Shown: positions 28,918 through 38,803 of the stretch, piece by piece | Layout: the number at the start of each line of letters is the position of its first letter | How positions within the stretch are numbered: position 1 is the first letter of the stretch | IMG/VR virus record: IMGVR_UViG_3300006217_000002 | DNA length: 64,000 nucleotides | Reading direction: 5' to 3' (one strand) | From: a virus | Lineage: Duplodnaviria; Heunggongvirae; Uroviricota; Caudoviricetes | Position numbers and translations under genes: made by a program | Notes under the pieces: model-generated | What the model saw: only the letters and a program-made list of their open reading frames with translations | What the model was told of the DNA's origin: nothing | The model's database searches: none

Positions 28918-29238
28918 TTACTTGTCAGATACTTTAGCTCCAGATGCTACCATTTCTTGTAGAGTCTTTTCTACAACTGTTTTAATTTCATCTCTTGTTA
29001 CAAATACCGCCATAAGCTTGTCAACCAAGATTTCCTTCAATAATTCTACTTCATCATTAGAAGGAACCTTAACTGGTGGGTTACTATTTTCTTTAGGAAT
29101 AGTTATTGTTTTCGTACCTCCTGCCTTCTTGATAGGTTTCAAAGTTTGACCATTGTTTGTTTCAGCACTTTCTTTCTTTTCTACTACAGGTTTCTGTACA
29201 GTTTTAGCAGGCATTACGCCTTTCATAGGTTTACTCAT
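28918..29238 (-). CDS. Hypothetical protein
   Basis: 106 aa; AAGGAGG RBS. Confidence 0.75.
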   Translation of the reverse strand: MSKPMKGVMPAKTVQKPVVEKKESAETNNGQTLKPIKKAGGTKTITIPKENSNPPVKVPSNDEVELLKEILVDKLMAVFVTRDEIKTVVEKTLQEMVASGAKVSDK

Positions 29239-29272
29239 TTTATTTACCTCCTTTCATATTAATGAAAAGTGT

Positions 29273-29758
29273 TTACTGCCGTATGATTTCATAATATGAA
29301 GGAATAAGATACTCATTACTGTTTTTAGCTGCAAATATAAATCCATTATCAGCAGGATATCTTCCATCATTTGATTTTACCACTACTTCAGTACCAATAA
29401 GTTCAACCCATTCATTGACGTTTAATGTTTTGATTATAGACGGTATAAGAGCAGATGATCTCTTATCAGTTTTATCTCCGTCAATACTTAGCTGGTTATA
29501 ATCATCCAGAGAAAATGTTTTAACCATATGGAATACTGCATCATATTGTGATCCATCTTCCATTCTAATATGGATAAACATTCCCCATGTTGTTTTAGTT
29601 TGGGTAGTATCGATACCATCTTTAGAAAACCAAACTTTCTTTTTGTATCTCTTTGACTTTGACTTTATAGGCTTAATATTGACTCCGCATATTACTCCTT
29701 TAACACCATTATCATATGAATCTCTTGTCTTTGGAATTTCCATTCGTTTTAACATCAT
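29273..29758 (-). CDS. Hypothetical protein
   Basis: 161-aa ORF with RBS. Confidence 0.75.
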   Translation of the reverse strand: MMLKRMEIPKTRDSYDNGVKGVICGVNIKPIKSKSKRYKKKVWFSKDGIDTTQTKTTWGMFIHIRMEDGSQYDAVFHMVKTFSLDDYNQLSIDGDKTDKRSSALIPSIIKTLNVNEWVELIGTEVVVKSNDGRYPADNGFIFAAKNSNEYLIPSYYEIIRQ

Positions 29759-29782
29759 ATTTATATCCTTTCTTTAAGAAAA

Positions 29783-29820
29783 AATATTACATGGGGTCAT
29801 TCACGACCCCATGTAATATT
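29783..29820. terminator. Terminator hairpin
   Basis: AATATTACATGGGGTC-ATTCAC-GACCCCATGTAATATT after the csp gene. Confidence 0.8.
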
Positions 29821-29835
29821 TAACGTTATTATGTT

Positions 29836-30099
29836 TTATTCTGCTGCATCAACCGGTTCTTTCTTATCTGCCTTCTTTTCCTTAGGTGCAGACTTTGTGA
29901 TAACGACATCAGCTGCCTGATCTCCCTTTTCACCGGTTGTAACATCGAATTCTACTTCATCATCAGGATTGAGGTAGTTGTATGTTTTCTTTCTTCCGTC
30001 TTTAATTCCGGAGAAATGTACAAAGACATCCTTACCATCTTCACCCGTGATGAATCCATAACCCCTTTCAGCGTTAAACCACTTGACTTTGCCCTTCAT
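29836..30099 (-). CDS. csp: Cold-shock domain protein
   Basis: [24 protein letters not shown] (RNP1/RNP2). Confidence 0.95.
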   Translation of the reverse strand: MKGKVKWFNAERGYGFITGEDGKDVFVHFSGIKDGRKKTYNYLNPDDEVEFDVTTGEKGDQAADVVITKSAPKEKKADKKEPVDAAE

Positions 30100-30151
30100 T
30101 GTAAGTTTCCTCCTTAAAATTTAAATATCATTTATTCTTAACTGGTGAAGA

Positions 30152-30922
30152 TTAACTCTTCGGCTTTTCCTCACCAGTGAGAATCTGACGAACATGAGAG
30201 TTCTCCTTGAAATCCATTGTCTTCGGATGCATGTACACTAAGAATTCAACAATGTCTTTACTGATAGGACGAATATCAACAATCTGCATCTTACCAGGTA
30301 AAGAATTTGTCTCAACATCCGTTAACATATCTCTGATTACATTCTCAGCTGCTGCAGAGAAGATGATCCAGTATTTGTCATTAGCATCTTTAATACGTTT
30401 CGGCATGCTATACTCTTTGATATCATTAATGTACGCCTCTGTCATTCCGAATTCTTCTTCAAGATACTCCATAGTCTTGTAATTCTTAGTCCACTCAGAC
30501 AGCTGCTTACGATCATACTTATAGAGATTGATAATATTATAAAAGATATCGTTAATCACTCTAACGTTACCAGCTGACTCAGCGATCTTTTCATAGAAAC
30601 TGAAATCTCCTTTCTTCTCAAGAATATGAGTAGAAAATGCAATTCTTAAAGATGCATATGATCTGTGAGGATCTGTTTTGCTCCTCTGTTTCTTTTCACA
30701 GTATCTTGGTACAACTTCGATACTTACTTCAGGAACGTACTGTCTTGCTTTCTGAATGATAAATTGTTTAATATCATCAGAAGTGAATTTGTAGATGTCC
30801 ACTGATCCTACAGGTCTGAGTTTCGATCTTACTGCCGGAGTAAGTATGGATTTGTCCACATTTGCAGCAATTTCAACTTCTTCTCCACAACCAGGGCATT
30901 TTGCTGTTAATTTAATTTCCAT
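30152..30922 (-). CDS. Hypothetical protein with N-terminal CxxC knuckle
   Basis: AKCPGCGEEV; high-expression codon usage; GATATATTAT motif upstream (31006-31015). Confidence 0.75.
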   Translation of the reverse strand: MEIKLTAKCPGCGEEVEIAANVDKSILTPAVRSKLRPVGSVDIYKFTSDDIKQFIIQKARQYVPEVSIEVVPRYCEKKQRSKTDPHRSYASLRIAFSTHILEKKGDFSFYEKIAESAGNVRVINDIFYNIINLYKYDRKQLSEWTKNYKTMEYLEEEFGMTEAYINDIKEYSMPKRIKDANDKYWIIFSAAAENVIRDMLTDVETNSLPGKMQIVDIRPISKDIVEFLVYMHPKTMDFKENSHVRQILTGEEKPKS

Positions 30923-31021
30923 GAATGGTTCCTCCTTTAAAATTGTTTGATGATTAATCTCAGTGTTATAAAGAAATACTCTTTATATTAACCTGATATA
31001 CCTTCATAATATATCATTAAT

Positions 31022-33838
31022 TTATATATCCTCGATCAGGTCATCTGGATTAATCGTGTAAAGTTCTACCAAACTATTATGTTTAGCTTTAAGCCCTAAG
31101 TTTAACGCTGCGTGAGAAATTTGAACTGCAAATAATCCAGCATTATAAGCTCCAAGTAAATAGAACAGTTTACCAGCACACTTAGAACAAATTTTTTCAC
31201 CAGTACAAGACATTGGACTTCTCATCATAATTGTTTTGCCAATATGAGAACTAATATCTTCTCTAGTAAACATCTTTTCCTGACCACCTTCTCTATAGTA
31301 TGTATATACTACGTTCTCTGCATTTGCTTTTGTTATTTTAATTGGAATAAGATTCTTTGTACCACAATCAGAACCCTCTTCATCAAGTACCATCATTTGC
31401 AATAATGCTAACAGTTTCTTGCCCATATAACCAGCATCAGCAGTAGCAATGGAAGCAGGATATTGAGATGCCAATATTGAATTAGCATGGGCAGGAATAT
31501 CTTTAATTTTAATTCCATCCATAAATGATGTATCAATAAAATCAAACTCTCCTGTTATCTTATTCATTACAGCACCTTTGATAATAGCGTTGTTCTTATA
31601 GTTATTACCAAAATCAAGGTCACCGGAATCATATAGATCCATGCCAGAATCACCTTTAAGAATCTCTTTTGCATATGCTACAAGTTCATCACTGACTTGT
31701 GTCATTATATCAATATTTCCAGAAGATAATTCTTTTTCATATTTCTTACATAGTTCTGCCTTTTTCTTTTCAATTTCAGGTAATGGTTTTAACATCTTTT
31801 CAGAAATAGTATGAGCAAGCATACCATTTAACCAATAACCTATAGTATCTCTATGATCAAGATATGAATTAAACTGTTTCCTATCAATCTTATCTTCAAG
31901 ATACAATTGACCAATCATATTATCCAGCTTACCTATAGTTCCCTTGTTAAGGATATTATTATATATACCAACACCAGTAATTCCAATAATACCAGGAGCT
32001 TCTAAGATAAATTTATTAGCTATAAACCTACCTACAGTCATATCTATAGACTCCTGATTATCAAAGAAATAATTAGCAGGTACTGAAATAATATCCCAAG
32101 TATTATATCTTGCTTTACGAATTTTTGTATTAAGTTTATCTCCTGAGTTATTCACAGTATCCGCAAACATTTCAGCCAAGAAACCTCTACTAATATTATC
32201 TGGTTTAAGATTAATGAATCTCTCTGTATCACCTGGATTAACTTTCTTACTAGGAGTACTACCAATCTTCGTAAGTTCATAGAGAGAATTATAAACTTCT
32301 TTAGCAACTCCTTTAGAGTTTGCTCCAGTAATATTAAGAGCTGATGTCTTTCTATTCATAATCTCTTCAGCTTCCATATTAGCTTCATCACTATAGATAC
32401 CACGAACAGATACCTGATCACCATCATAGTCAGCTCCCATTCCATCAAGATGAGAGTTACTCATTACAAGAGTATCTATAAATTGAACACCAACTTTATC
32501 TTGAGAAATAGAAAAATCTATATCAGGATAATACGGATATTCTTTTCCATTAAAAATAAGATTAACATGCTTTATTGTTGACTGAACTCTTATCTTGTTA
32601 AAGAAAATACCTTTATCAGTACCAACAGGATATCTTGATACCATTACATGCCTCTTCTCGCATACATCGACACATGCAAGATATAAGATATCAGTTACTG
32701 TCATAGATCTATTAAGAACCTTTGTAGCATTATTAGGAAGCATTATTTTTCCTTTTAATATCATAGAAGCTTTAAGAGTCTTCTTAGTTTTAGCAGGAAC
32801 ATCAACCATTACGTTTACTACTTTAAATCTATTATCAGGATTTAAACAATAATCGTTTATAAACTTCCTAATATTCTTCTCTGAAAATTGAATCTCAGGA
32901 TCTCTCATTGTTGCTGTAATTTCCTTATTAGTCTCATAATCATAAAACGTTATCAAGTTTGGGTCATTAATAATTTCTCTAGTAAAGAAATTCTTAAGCC
33001 AAGATTCAATAAATGGATAAAATAATGAGCAACATTCAGAGATTGGTACTGCCGTATGTTCAACATCAATAATATTGTCTCCTATGTTTTCATTATTATA
33101 TGAAGGAGCAGAGATAACTGTACGTACACCATAGTCTACAGACTTACCTATCAGATTCTTTCTAATAAGACCTTGTTTTCTAGATACTTGATGTTTAAAA
33201 TATTCCATTATTTCAACCAGAGTATCCTGGATTTTCATTTGTGTTGCATATTGAGTTCTAGAAAATAATCCTCCCTCTGATAGTAAAGCAACAGATCGAA
33301 TTAACTTTACATATAGATCATTTAATTCATTTACATGGTCTGATGAATCAATAGTACCAGCAATCATTACATCTCTATATGCAGGAGGTATCACCAATTC
33401 CTTATCGATAAATATCTGATCTCTTGATAAGTTCATGAGTAATTTTTTACTTGTACTATCAACTGATTTACTTTTACTCCAATCAATTTCATTCCATCTT
33501 TTATATAATTCATCAATACCAGTCCATCCATTCTCTGGATCTTCTACAAGTTGTCCATTTTTAATAACATATCTTTTCTGACCTGATAGAATATATATAA
33601 CTCCTCTAAACATTTGCTTTACTACTTTAGCATATAGATGAGGATGAATAAAATGTCTTTTCAAATCAATATAAGCAAAAGTATTTCTTCTATCTCCTTT
33701 AGATATACCAAAAATATCAGACGATAATATTCCTTCCGGATCATACATCATCTTATTGGAAAATAGACGGGGAGATGTAATTTCTTGCAATTTATTTACA
33801 GCGATAATTCTATTCATGTCAAGAATTTCTATCTTCAT
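31022..33838 (-). CDS. rpoC: Phage multisubunit RNA polymerase beta-prime subunit
   Basis: GLIRKNLIGKSVDY, SRYPV, catalytic GADYDGD, C-terminal Zn site CGT...RSPMSC...ICSKCAG. Confidence 0.93.
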   Translation of the reverse strand: MKIEILDMNRIIAVNKLQEITSPRLFSNKMMYDPEGILSSDIFGISKGDRRNTFAYIDLKRHFIHPHLYAKVVKQMFRGVIYILSGQKRYVIKNGQLVEDPENGWTGIDELYKRWNEIDWSKSKSVDSTSKKLLMNLSRDQIFIDKELVIPPAYRDVMIAGTIDSSDHVNELNDLYVKLIRSVALLSEGGLFSRTQYATQMKIQDTLVEIMEYFKHQVSRKQGLIRKNLIGKSVDYGVRTVISAPSYNNENIGDNIIDVEHTAVPISECCSLFYPFIESWLKNFFTREIINDPNLITFYDYETNKEITATMRDPEIQFSEKNIRKFINDYCLNPDNRFKVVNVMVDVPAKTKKTLKASMILKGKIMLPNNATKVLNRSMTVTDILYLACVDVCEKRHVMVSRYPVGTDKGIFFNKIRVQSTIKHVNLIFNGKEYPYYPDIDFSISQDKVGVQFIDTLVMSNSHLDGMGADYDGDQVSVRGIYSDEANMEAEEIMNRKTSALNITGANSKGVAKEVYNSLYELTKIGSTPSKKVNPGDTERFINLKPDNISRGFLAEMFADTVNNSGDKLNTKIRKARYNTWDIISVPANYFFDNQESIDMTVGRFIANKFILEAPGIIGITGVGIYNNILNKGTIGKLDNMIGQLYLEDKIDRKQFNSYLDHRDTIGYWLNGMLAHTISEKMLKPLPEIEKKKAELCKKYEKELSSGNIDIMTQVSDELVAYAKEILKGDSGMDLYDSGDLDFGNNYKNNAIIKGAVMNKITGEFDFIDTSFMDGIKIKDIPAHANSILASQYPASIATADAGYMGKKLLALLQMMVLDEEGSDCGTKNLIPIKITKANAENVVYTYYREGGQEKMFTREDISSHIGKTIMMRSPMSCTGEKICSKCAGKLFYLLGAYNAGLFAVQISHAALNLGLKAKHNSLVELYTINPDDLIEDI

Positions 33839-33897
33839 CGATATTCCCTCCTATAAAAAATAAATTTTCATTTATCACTTTTGTATTGTCTGGACAA

Positions 33898-33934
33898 TAT
33901 AAAGATAGGGGAGATGATCTCCCCTATCTTTATA
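33898..33934. terminator. Terminator hairpin
   Basis: TATAAAGATAGGGGAGAT-G-ATCTCCCCTATCTTTATA. Confidence 0.8.
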
Positions 33935-33937
33935 AAT

Positions 33938-34606
33938 CTAATATAGAGTTGGAGTCTTCCTTATTTTTCGATGAGTTTCACATTTCTCGTTGTCATAGTT
34001 ATCGTCTGAACATACCTCAGGCTCCTGTTCTAAAATAACATCTTCTCTCGTAGAACTAGGATCGCTTTCATGATATTCTGTTTCACTATTATCCTGAGGA
34101 TATTCTCCTGTAGGAACATCATATCCATCATCAGCAGGAATCTGATTTTTTGATCTCATTTCACTGATTTTATATTCATAAACATATTTCTCAATCATCG
34201 CAGAAATCAATCCATTTAATTTTTCTTTACTTCCAATAAAATCAAGAAGTACTCCACCTTCTTCAGTTAAGCTTGGAGGTAAAGATCCAAGTACAATATT
34301 CATAGCAGAATTATTTAATTCTTGAATCTGATATTCTTCAAGTTTTCTTCCTCCACTTTTCATTGCAGAAGCTGTTTGCATATTAGAAGCTACTGCTGTC
34401 TTAACAGATTCCTGGAGAGTTATCATTAATTTATTACGTATACTAGCTTGTTTATCCATCTCAGAAATCTCATTTTTAGCTACAATACTTTTAGATATTT
34501 TATCAAAAAAATGTTTGCATATTAAAAGTATAGCAGCTCCAAATGCAATGATTACAGGTAACAATACATGTTCTTCAATCATTCTAAAAAACGTATAACT
34601 ATCCAT
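33938..34606 (-). CDS. Holin-like protein (LL-H-type architecture) with acidic tail
   Basis: Start MDSYTFF chosen by RBS; one N-terminal TM; VKTAVAS...LISAMIEKYVYEYK pattern. Confidence 0.5.
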   Translation of the reverse strand: MDSYTFFRMIEEHVLLPVIIAFGAAILLICKHFFDKISKSIVAKNEISEMDKQASIRNKLMITLQESVKTAVASNMQTASAMKSGGRKLEEYQIQELNNSAMNIVLGSLPPSLTEEGGVLLDFIGSKEKLNGLISAMIEKYVYEYKISEMRSKNQIPADDGYDVPTGEYPQDNSETEYHESDPSSTREDVILEQEPEVCSDDNYDNEKCETHRKIRKTPTLY

Positions 34607-34690
34607 AATGTATCTCCTTTCTATAAAAAATATTTTTTTCTTTTTAATATGAATGTACCCACAAAAGTTACTTGATATAACGAGAAAATA

Positions 34691-34718
34691 GGGGATGGAG
34701 TGGATTAGTTCCATCCCC
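34691..34718. terminator. Terminator hairpin
   Basis: GGGGATGGA...TCCATCCCC. Confidence 0.7.
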
Positions 34719-34745
34719 TCTTATCTCAGCAGATTCTTTTATATT

Positions 34746-35678
34746 TTATTCCACACTTTCGATGCGATATATGTGGGTAATTTCGCCCTTGAGGGCCTCT
34801 ACCGGACCAGCTGTAATAGTACCAGCTCTTCTCATAGTAGTTTCTAGACACGATGTGTCAACAATCCATTCAACGATACCGGCACAGCTCCCATCTTTAT
34901 GAACTGAGAACATGTTCCTATCATCAGTATCGCGATCTGCTTTCTCGTCACCTGTAATTATAGTGAACATACCTGTTGTAGTTACTATTAAGTATCTTGA
35001 TCCACATTCTCCTTTCGGTTTGTAATATGTACCAAGTGCAATTATGTAATCATCCTGACCATTGATCTTAAACTTATCATCTGATGTTACATACCTTCTC
35101 AATCCGTACTCATCTGTGTATGCGTTTTCAGAATGAGATACAGCATAAGCTGGGGATGATTTATTGGTGATACATTTGTAATCCATGTATGGTTCGAAAC
35201 TATAATCAATTCCAGGATAATATATATTAGGCATATCATATCCATGAAACATATTACCATTGAACTCAAAATCTTTTTCTCCAATAAATTCATCAATTGT
35301 ACGATCTACTACTTCTACAACCTCCTCTTTATTTTCTTCAGTAATATCTTGGCCAATTACAATTGGTTCATTTAACACCAATGGTGTAGGTTCTGGACTA
35401 GGATCTGATTTTACAGATTCCTTTTCCAAGGTTTCCATTGAATTGAACACTTGAGAAATTCTTGTTATTGTGATCTCTTCCTCATACGCATATTTTACAT
35501 CCTGCGAAGAACATTTATTATCACTAAGGGTCGCAGCATTAGCTACTAACACTCCAATGAATGTTATACAGAATAATAGTATGAGTGTATTTGTTGCATT
35601 AACAATTCTGCTTAGGCTACGCCGCCGTCTATAGTACCTGTTGCGATGACGACTATGGTAGCATGTTTTGTAATTCAT
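34746..35678 (-). CDS. Membrane-anchored protein, possible 3D/RlpA-like cell-wall-active domain
   Basis: N-terminal TM, acidic linker, C-terminal YMDY...IIALGTYY...GDEKAD...VEWIVD. Confidence 0.45.
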   Translation of the reverse strand: MNYKTCYHSRHRNRYYRRRRSLSRIVNATNTLILLFCITFIGVLVANAATLSDNKCSSQDVKYAYEEEITITRISQVFNSMETLEKESVKSDPSPEPTPLVLNEPIVIGQDITEENKEEVVEVVDRTIDEFIGEKDFEFNGNMFHGYDMPNIYYPGIDYSFEPYMDYKCITNKSSPAYAVSHSENAYTDEYGLRRYVTSDDKFKINGQDDYIIALGTYYKPKGECGSRYLIVTTTGMFTIITGDEKADRDTDDRNMFSVHKDGSCAGIVEWIVDTSCLETTMRRAGTITAGPVEALKGEITHIYRIESVE

Positions 35679-35724
35679 AATTATTACCTCCTTAAAGGAA
35701 TATCATTTATCTTTGCACTTACTT

Positions 35725-35755
35725 AGAATATATACTTATCATATTTATATATTCT
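35725..35755. promoter_or_regulatory. Back-to-back TATATATTCT variant motifs
   Basis: Minus copy at 35725-35734 and plus copy at 35746-35755, between divergent genes. Confidence 0.5.
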
Positions 35756-35780
35756 ATAAATAAGAAATTATAGAAGGGAG

Positions 35781-36602
35781 ATGATTATTATGATAATCAT
35801 TAATAATCAAACCGATCCAGAAAGTAACATGCTAATCAAGCTTAACGAGTTTATTCAAAGTGAGAGTAAACAATTCAAATATCATATGAATCATATTAAA
35901 CTTGTCAAGAAGTATGCATTATTACTGAATAGGAAATTGAACACTCATCTTAGTAGTCATAAGTTATCATTTATAGCATTAGCTCATGACTTGTTTAAAG
36001 AGAGAGGATTGGATAAGAGCAAAGATGACACAATATTCTGGAATGGCCATAACATACCTCAAGATTTAAATAAGTATGTTAGATCCAATCTACATGTGCT
36101 AGAAAAATTTAACCTGGATGATTATTTCAACACAGATGTACAACTCCATGCATTAGCTGCTGGGATATTCGTACATACAGAACTTGGAATTGATGATCCT
36201 GAAATATTATATCCAATAATGTTTCATTCATGTCCAATAATATCTGTATACGAAACTCTTGATAGTAAGATAAGAAATTCTGTAGATATAATTATGCTAT
36301 CAGATAAACTCTCATCAAACTATCTCAGAATTAACTTTAAAGGTACCCCTGTTAGAGTTGACTTAGATCTAGCAGTATTTGGATCAAATGGTCAAGAATT
36401 TAATTATACTACAGGCCTCTTTTTAGCTAGATTAATATCCCAAGGATCATCAAAAGAAGAACAGTCAATAATCGCAACGGATTACTATTATAAAAGATTA
36501 CAATCCGTCAACCCAATAATATCGAAGAATTATTCAATAAAGAAGTTAGGGAGGAATACAATATGGCCAAGAAGAAAATCCCAAGTATGGAAGACGCGTT
36601 AA
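35781..36602 (+). CDS. HD-domain phosphohydrolase, YqeK (Ap4A hydrolase)-like
   Basis: H...LAHDLFKE...LHA...ELGIDDPEIL..IMFH...LSDK, with the full metal-ligand set in YqeK spacing. Confidence 0.7.
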   Translation: MIIMIIINNQTDPESNMLIKLNEFIQSESKQFKYHMNHIKLVKKYALLLNRKLNTHLSSHKLSFIALAHDLFKERGLDKSKDDTIFWNGHNIPQDLNKYVRSNLHVLEKFNLDDYFNTDVQLHALAAGIFVHTELGIDDPEILYPIMFHSCPIISVYETLDSKIRNSVDIIMLSDKLSSNYLRINFKGTPVRVDLDLAVFGSNGQEFNYTTGLFLARLISQGSSKEEQSIIATDYYYKRLQSVNPIISKNYSIKKLGRNTIWPRRKSQVWKTR

Positions 36603-37090
36603 ATGACTTTAAGAGTATAATGCTCAGAGCGTCGCTGAGCGATTATCTTCATGTAAATGGAATATTAATTTCTAAAAATCCAAAAGACGTTTCTGTTATA
36701 ATTAAACCTGATAAATCATTGTTTCAAAAGATTCTTGATGATCTTGAACTAAAAGATCATATAACAGAATTAGATGAATCAAATTCGGAAGAATATAAAT
36801 ATATCGAATATATTAAATATACCGATGAAAGTAATAAAGAACTATGGATCGATATTAATTGTGATGATCTATATGCAGGAAAAGTTATAAGCATATCTGT
36901 CAATGGATTTAATTATGAAGTATCAGTAAATAAGAACTCAGTACCATTAAAATTACGGAAAGCAGAATTCAATAACATTTCGTACAGAATATTCACAAAT
37001 CCAAAACTTATTCTGACACTAGCAAAAAGGTTTGATGGATATGTTGATGATTCATCGTTCACCATGTTTAGGCTATATCAGATATTATAA
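36563..37090 (+). CDS. Hypothetical protein
   Basis: 175-aa ORF overlapping the upstream gene. Confidence 0.75.
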   Translation: MAKKKIPSMEDALNDFKSIMLRASLSDYLHVNGILISKNPKDVSVIIKPDKSLFQKILDDLELKDHITELDESNSEEYKYIEYIKYTDESNKELWIDINCDDLYAGKVISISVNGFNYEVSVNKNSVPLKLRKAEFNNISYRIFTNPKLILTLAKRFDGYVDDSSFTMFRLYQIL

Positions 37091-37092
37091 TA

Positions 37093-37135
37093 AAAAAATA
37101 AAGGGGAGCATTCCGCGCTCCCCTTTATTTTTTAT
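37093..37135. terminator. Bidirectional terminator, identical to 28456-28498
   Basis: 43-bp exact repeat between convergent genes. Confidence 0.85.
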
Positions 37136-38739
37136 AACTTTATCCTTATCTCCTTCTCCGATAAAGGAAGATGACGTTTACATGTTGTCTCTTTAATCCA
37201 TATAACTTTACCTGACTTGAGGGTTCTATAATGCCCACATCTATCCCATTCTTCAACAGAATACTCGCACTCAGCTCTAGTTCCACTCATTCGTTCTACA
37301 TACTCTCTAGCATCATATTTGGTCTTGAGAATTCTAGAAACTATATAGTCTTTTTCATCAACTTTAATATTGCGATTCTTCTTTTCGTAATACTCTTTCC
37401 TTACGCATTTGACCATCTTAGTTCTCTCAGGTCTATCATGAATGACAACACATATATCAATAAATTGTTTTACCAAGCTGAGAATATCTGAAGAGGTTTG
37501 ATTATGCAATACTGTGTCTTTAAATACATCAGAAGATATTGGCATATTCTTGCCGTCTTTCATATGAAGAAACGAAGCCGTAGCTATATGGCAAGTATTA
37601 ATGTTAAAATTTTCAAGTCCTTGAAAATAAACCATTGATGCATATGTAAGGTTTTCTTCAAGATGCTGATTGATAATAAATGTAACCGAATTATCAATCT
37701 CATCAATATGATATGTTACTACTACTTCTGATGAATCGTTATCATATTTAATTGGAATTCTTAACACATTACCATATCTAGGGGTTGCAAGATATTTAAG
37801 AAGATTAGTTTTCCCATCTACATAAGCATTTTTATCTGCATAATTAGCGATGAATTTAAGCTCCTTTGAATTGAGTTGAATTAATGGGAAATACTTAAAA
37901 GTATTTCCCATTCCAAAATATTCCGGTATCTCGGCCCCAGTAATATGTACGTCCTCATCACTAGGAGAGTCTGGATTAATATATTCCTTCAGAGGGCATA
38001 TCAAGTTCTTTATAGTGAACATCACTACTATCTTACGAAATATTAACATTTCAGTTTTATCATATGTAGGACAAACGCCAGCGAACTTATCAGAATCAAA
38101 TCCTTCATCAAATATTTTATGGAGTCCAGTATTAAGAGCTAGAGTAAAAGATTGCTCTAAAAGCATTGTATCTGAATTATCAGCAGCTATCTTATGTGAT
38201 AATTTATCTCTCTGAGATGTTATGAAGAGAAATCTATTCTGGAATGCTGATGTTATTATAGGGGTATCTATTCCGTCATATGATGATGTATCAACAGCCA
38301 CTTCTCCAATAGCACCAAACTGTTTCTTTTTATCTATAAAACATAATGACCCCTCATGAGAACTTGTATTCTCATATCTCGATAATTTTATCCAAAATAT
38401 ATACCTGTCAGATTCCAGCCGGAACATACAATCTGTATCAGGAAATTTTCTACGGAATCTACGAAGCAGTCTAGTGTTTTGAATATCGAGTTCGATTATA
38501 TCAAAATTCTCTTTATATATTTCAAAATCTTTGACACTATACGTATTTATATTCTGCAGATATTTATTAAGTATATCAGTACATGTCTGCCTGAAAATAG
38601 CTGAAACGGTTTGCTCATTGTATAAATGCTCAGCAAGACTAAAATAAAATCCGTTCGCGGAATAAATTTTTCTCTTGACCATAGGCTTAATGATAGGCAT
38701 AATTCCGTTGTAATTCCCAAATTGTGTAAATTTGTTCAT
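37132..38739 (-). CDS. Hypothetical protein with C-terminal RxGHxR basic motif
   Basis: WDRCGHYRTLKSGKVIWIK at the C-terminus. Confidence 0.75.
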   Translation of the reverse strand: MNKFTQFGNYNGIMPIIKPMVKRKIYSANGFYFSLAEHLYNEQTVSAIFRQTCTDILNKYLQNINTYSVKDFEIYKENFDIIELDIQNTRLLRRFRRKFPDTDCMFRLESDRYIFWIKLSRYENTSSHEGSLCFIDKKKQFGAIGEVAVDTSSYDGIDTPIITSAFQNRFLFITSQRDKLSHKIAADNSDTMLLEQSFTLALNTGLHKIFDEGFDSDKFAGVCPTYDKTEMLIFRKIVVMFTIKNLICPLKEYINPDSPSDEDVHITGAEIPEYFGMGNTFKYFPLIQLNSKELKFIANYADKNAYVDGKTNLLKYLATPRYGNVLRIPIKYDNDSSEVVVTYHIDEIDNSVTFIINQHLEENLTYASMVYFQGLENFNINTCHIATASFLHMKDGKNMPISSDVFKDTVLHNQTSSDILSLVKQFIDICVVIHDRPERTKMVKCVRKEYYEKKNRNIKVDEKDYIVSRILKTKYDAREYVERMSGTRAECEYSVEEWDRCGHYRTLKSGKVIWIKETTCKRHLPLSEKEIRIKL

Positions 38740-38759
38740 CTCGTAACCTCCTAAATAAC

Positions 38760-38791
38760 GATATATTCTTTAGTTACTCGAATAATATATA
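38760..38791. promoter_or_regulatory. Pair of TATATATTAT-type motifs between divergent genes
   Basis: GATATATTCT (+, 38760-38769) and TATATATTAT (-, 38782-38791). Confidence 0.5.
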
Positions 38792-38803
38792 ATTAGGCAT
38801 GAG

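Noticed and set aside
29255-29275. Late-promoter candidate ACACTTTT(C/A)ATTAAT (similar at about 12103 and 61196)
   Set aside because: Only 2-3 loose copies with inconsistent spacing; needs motif statistics
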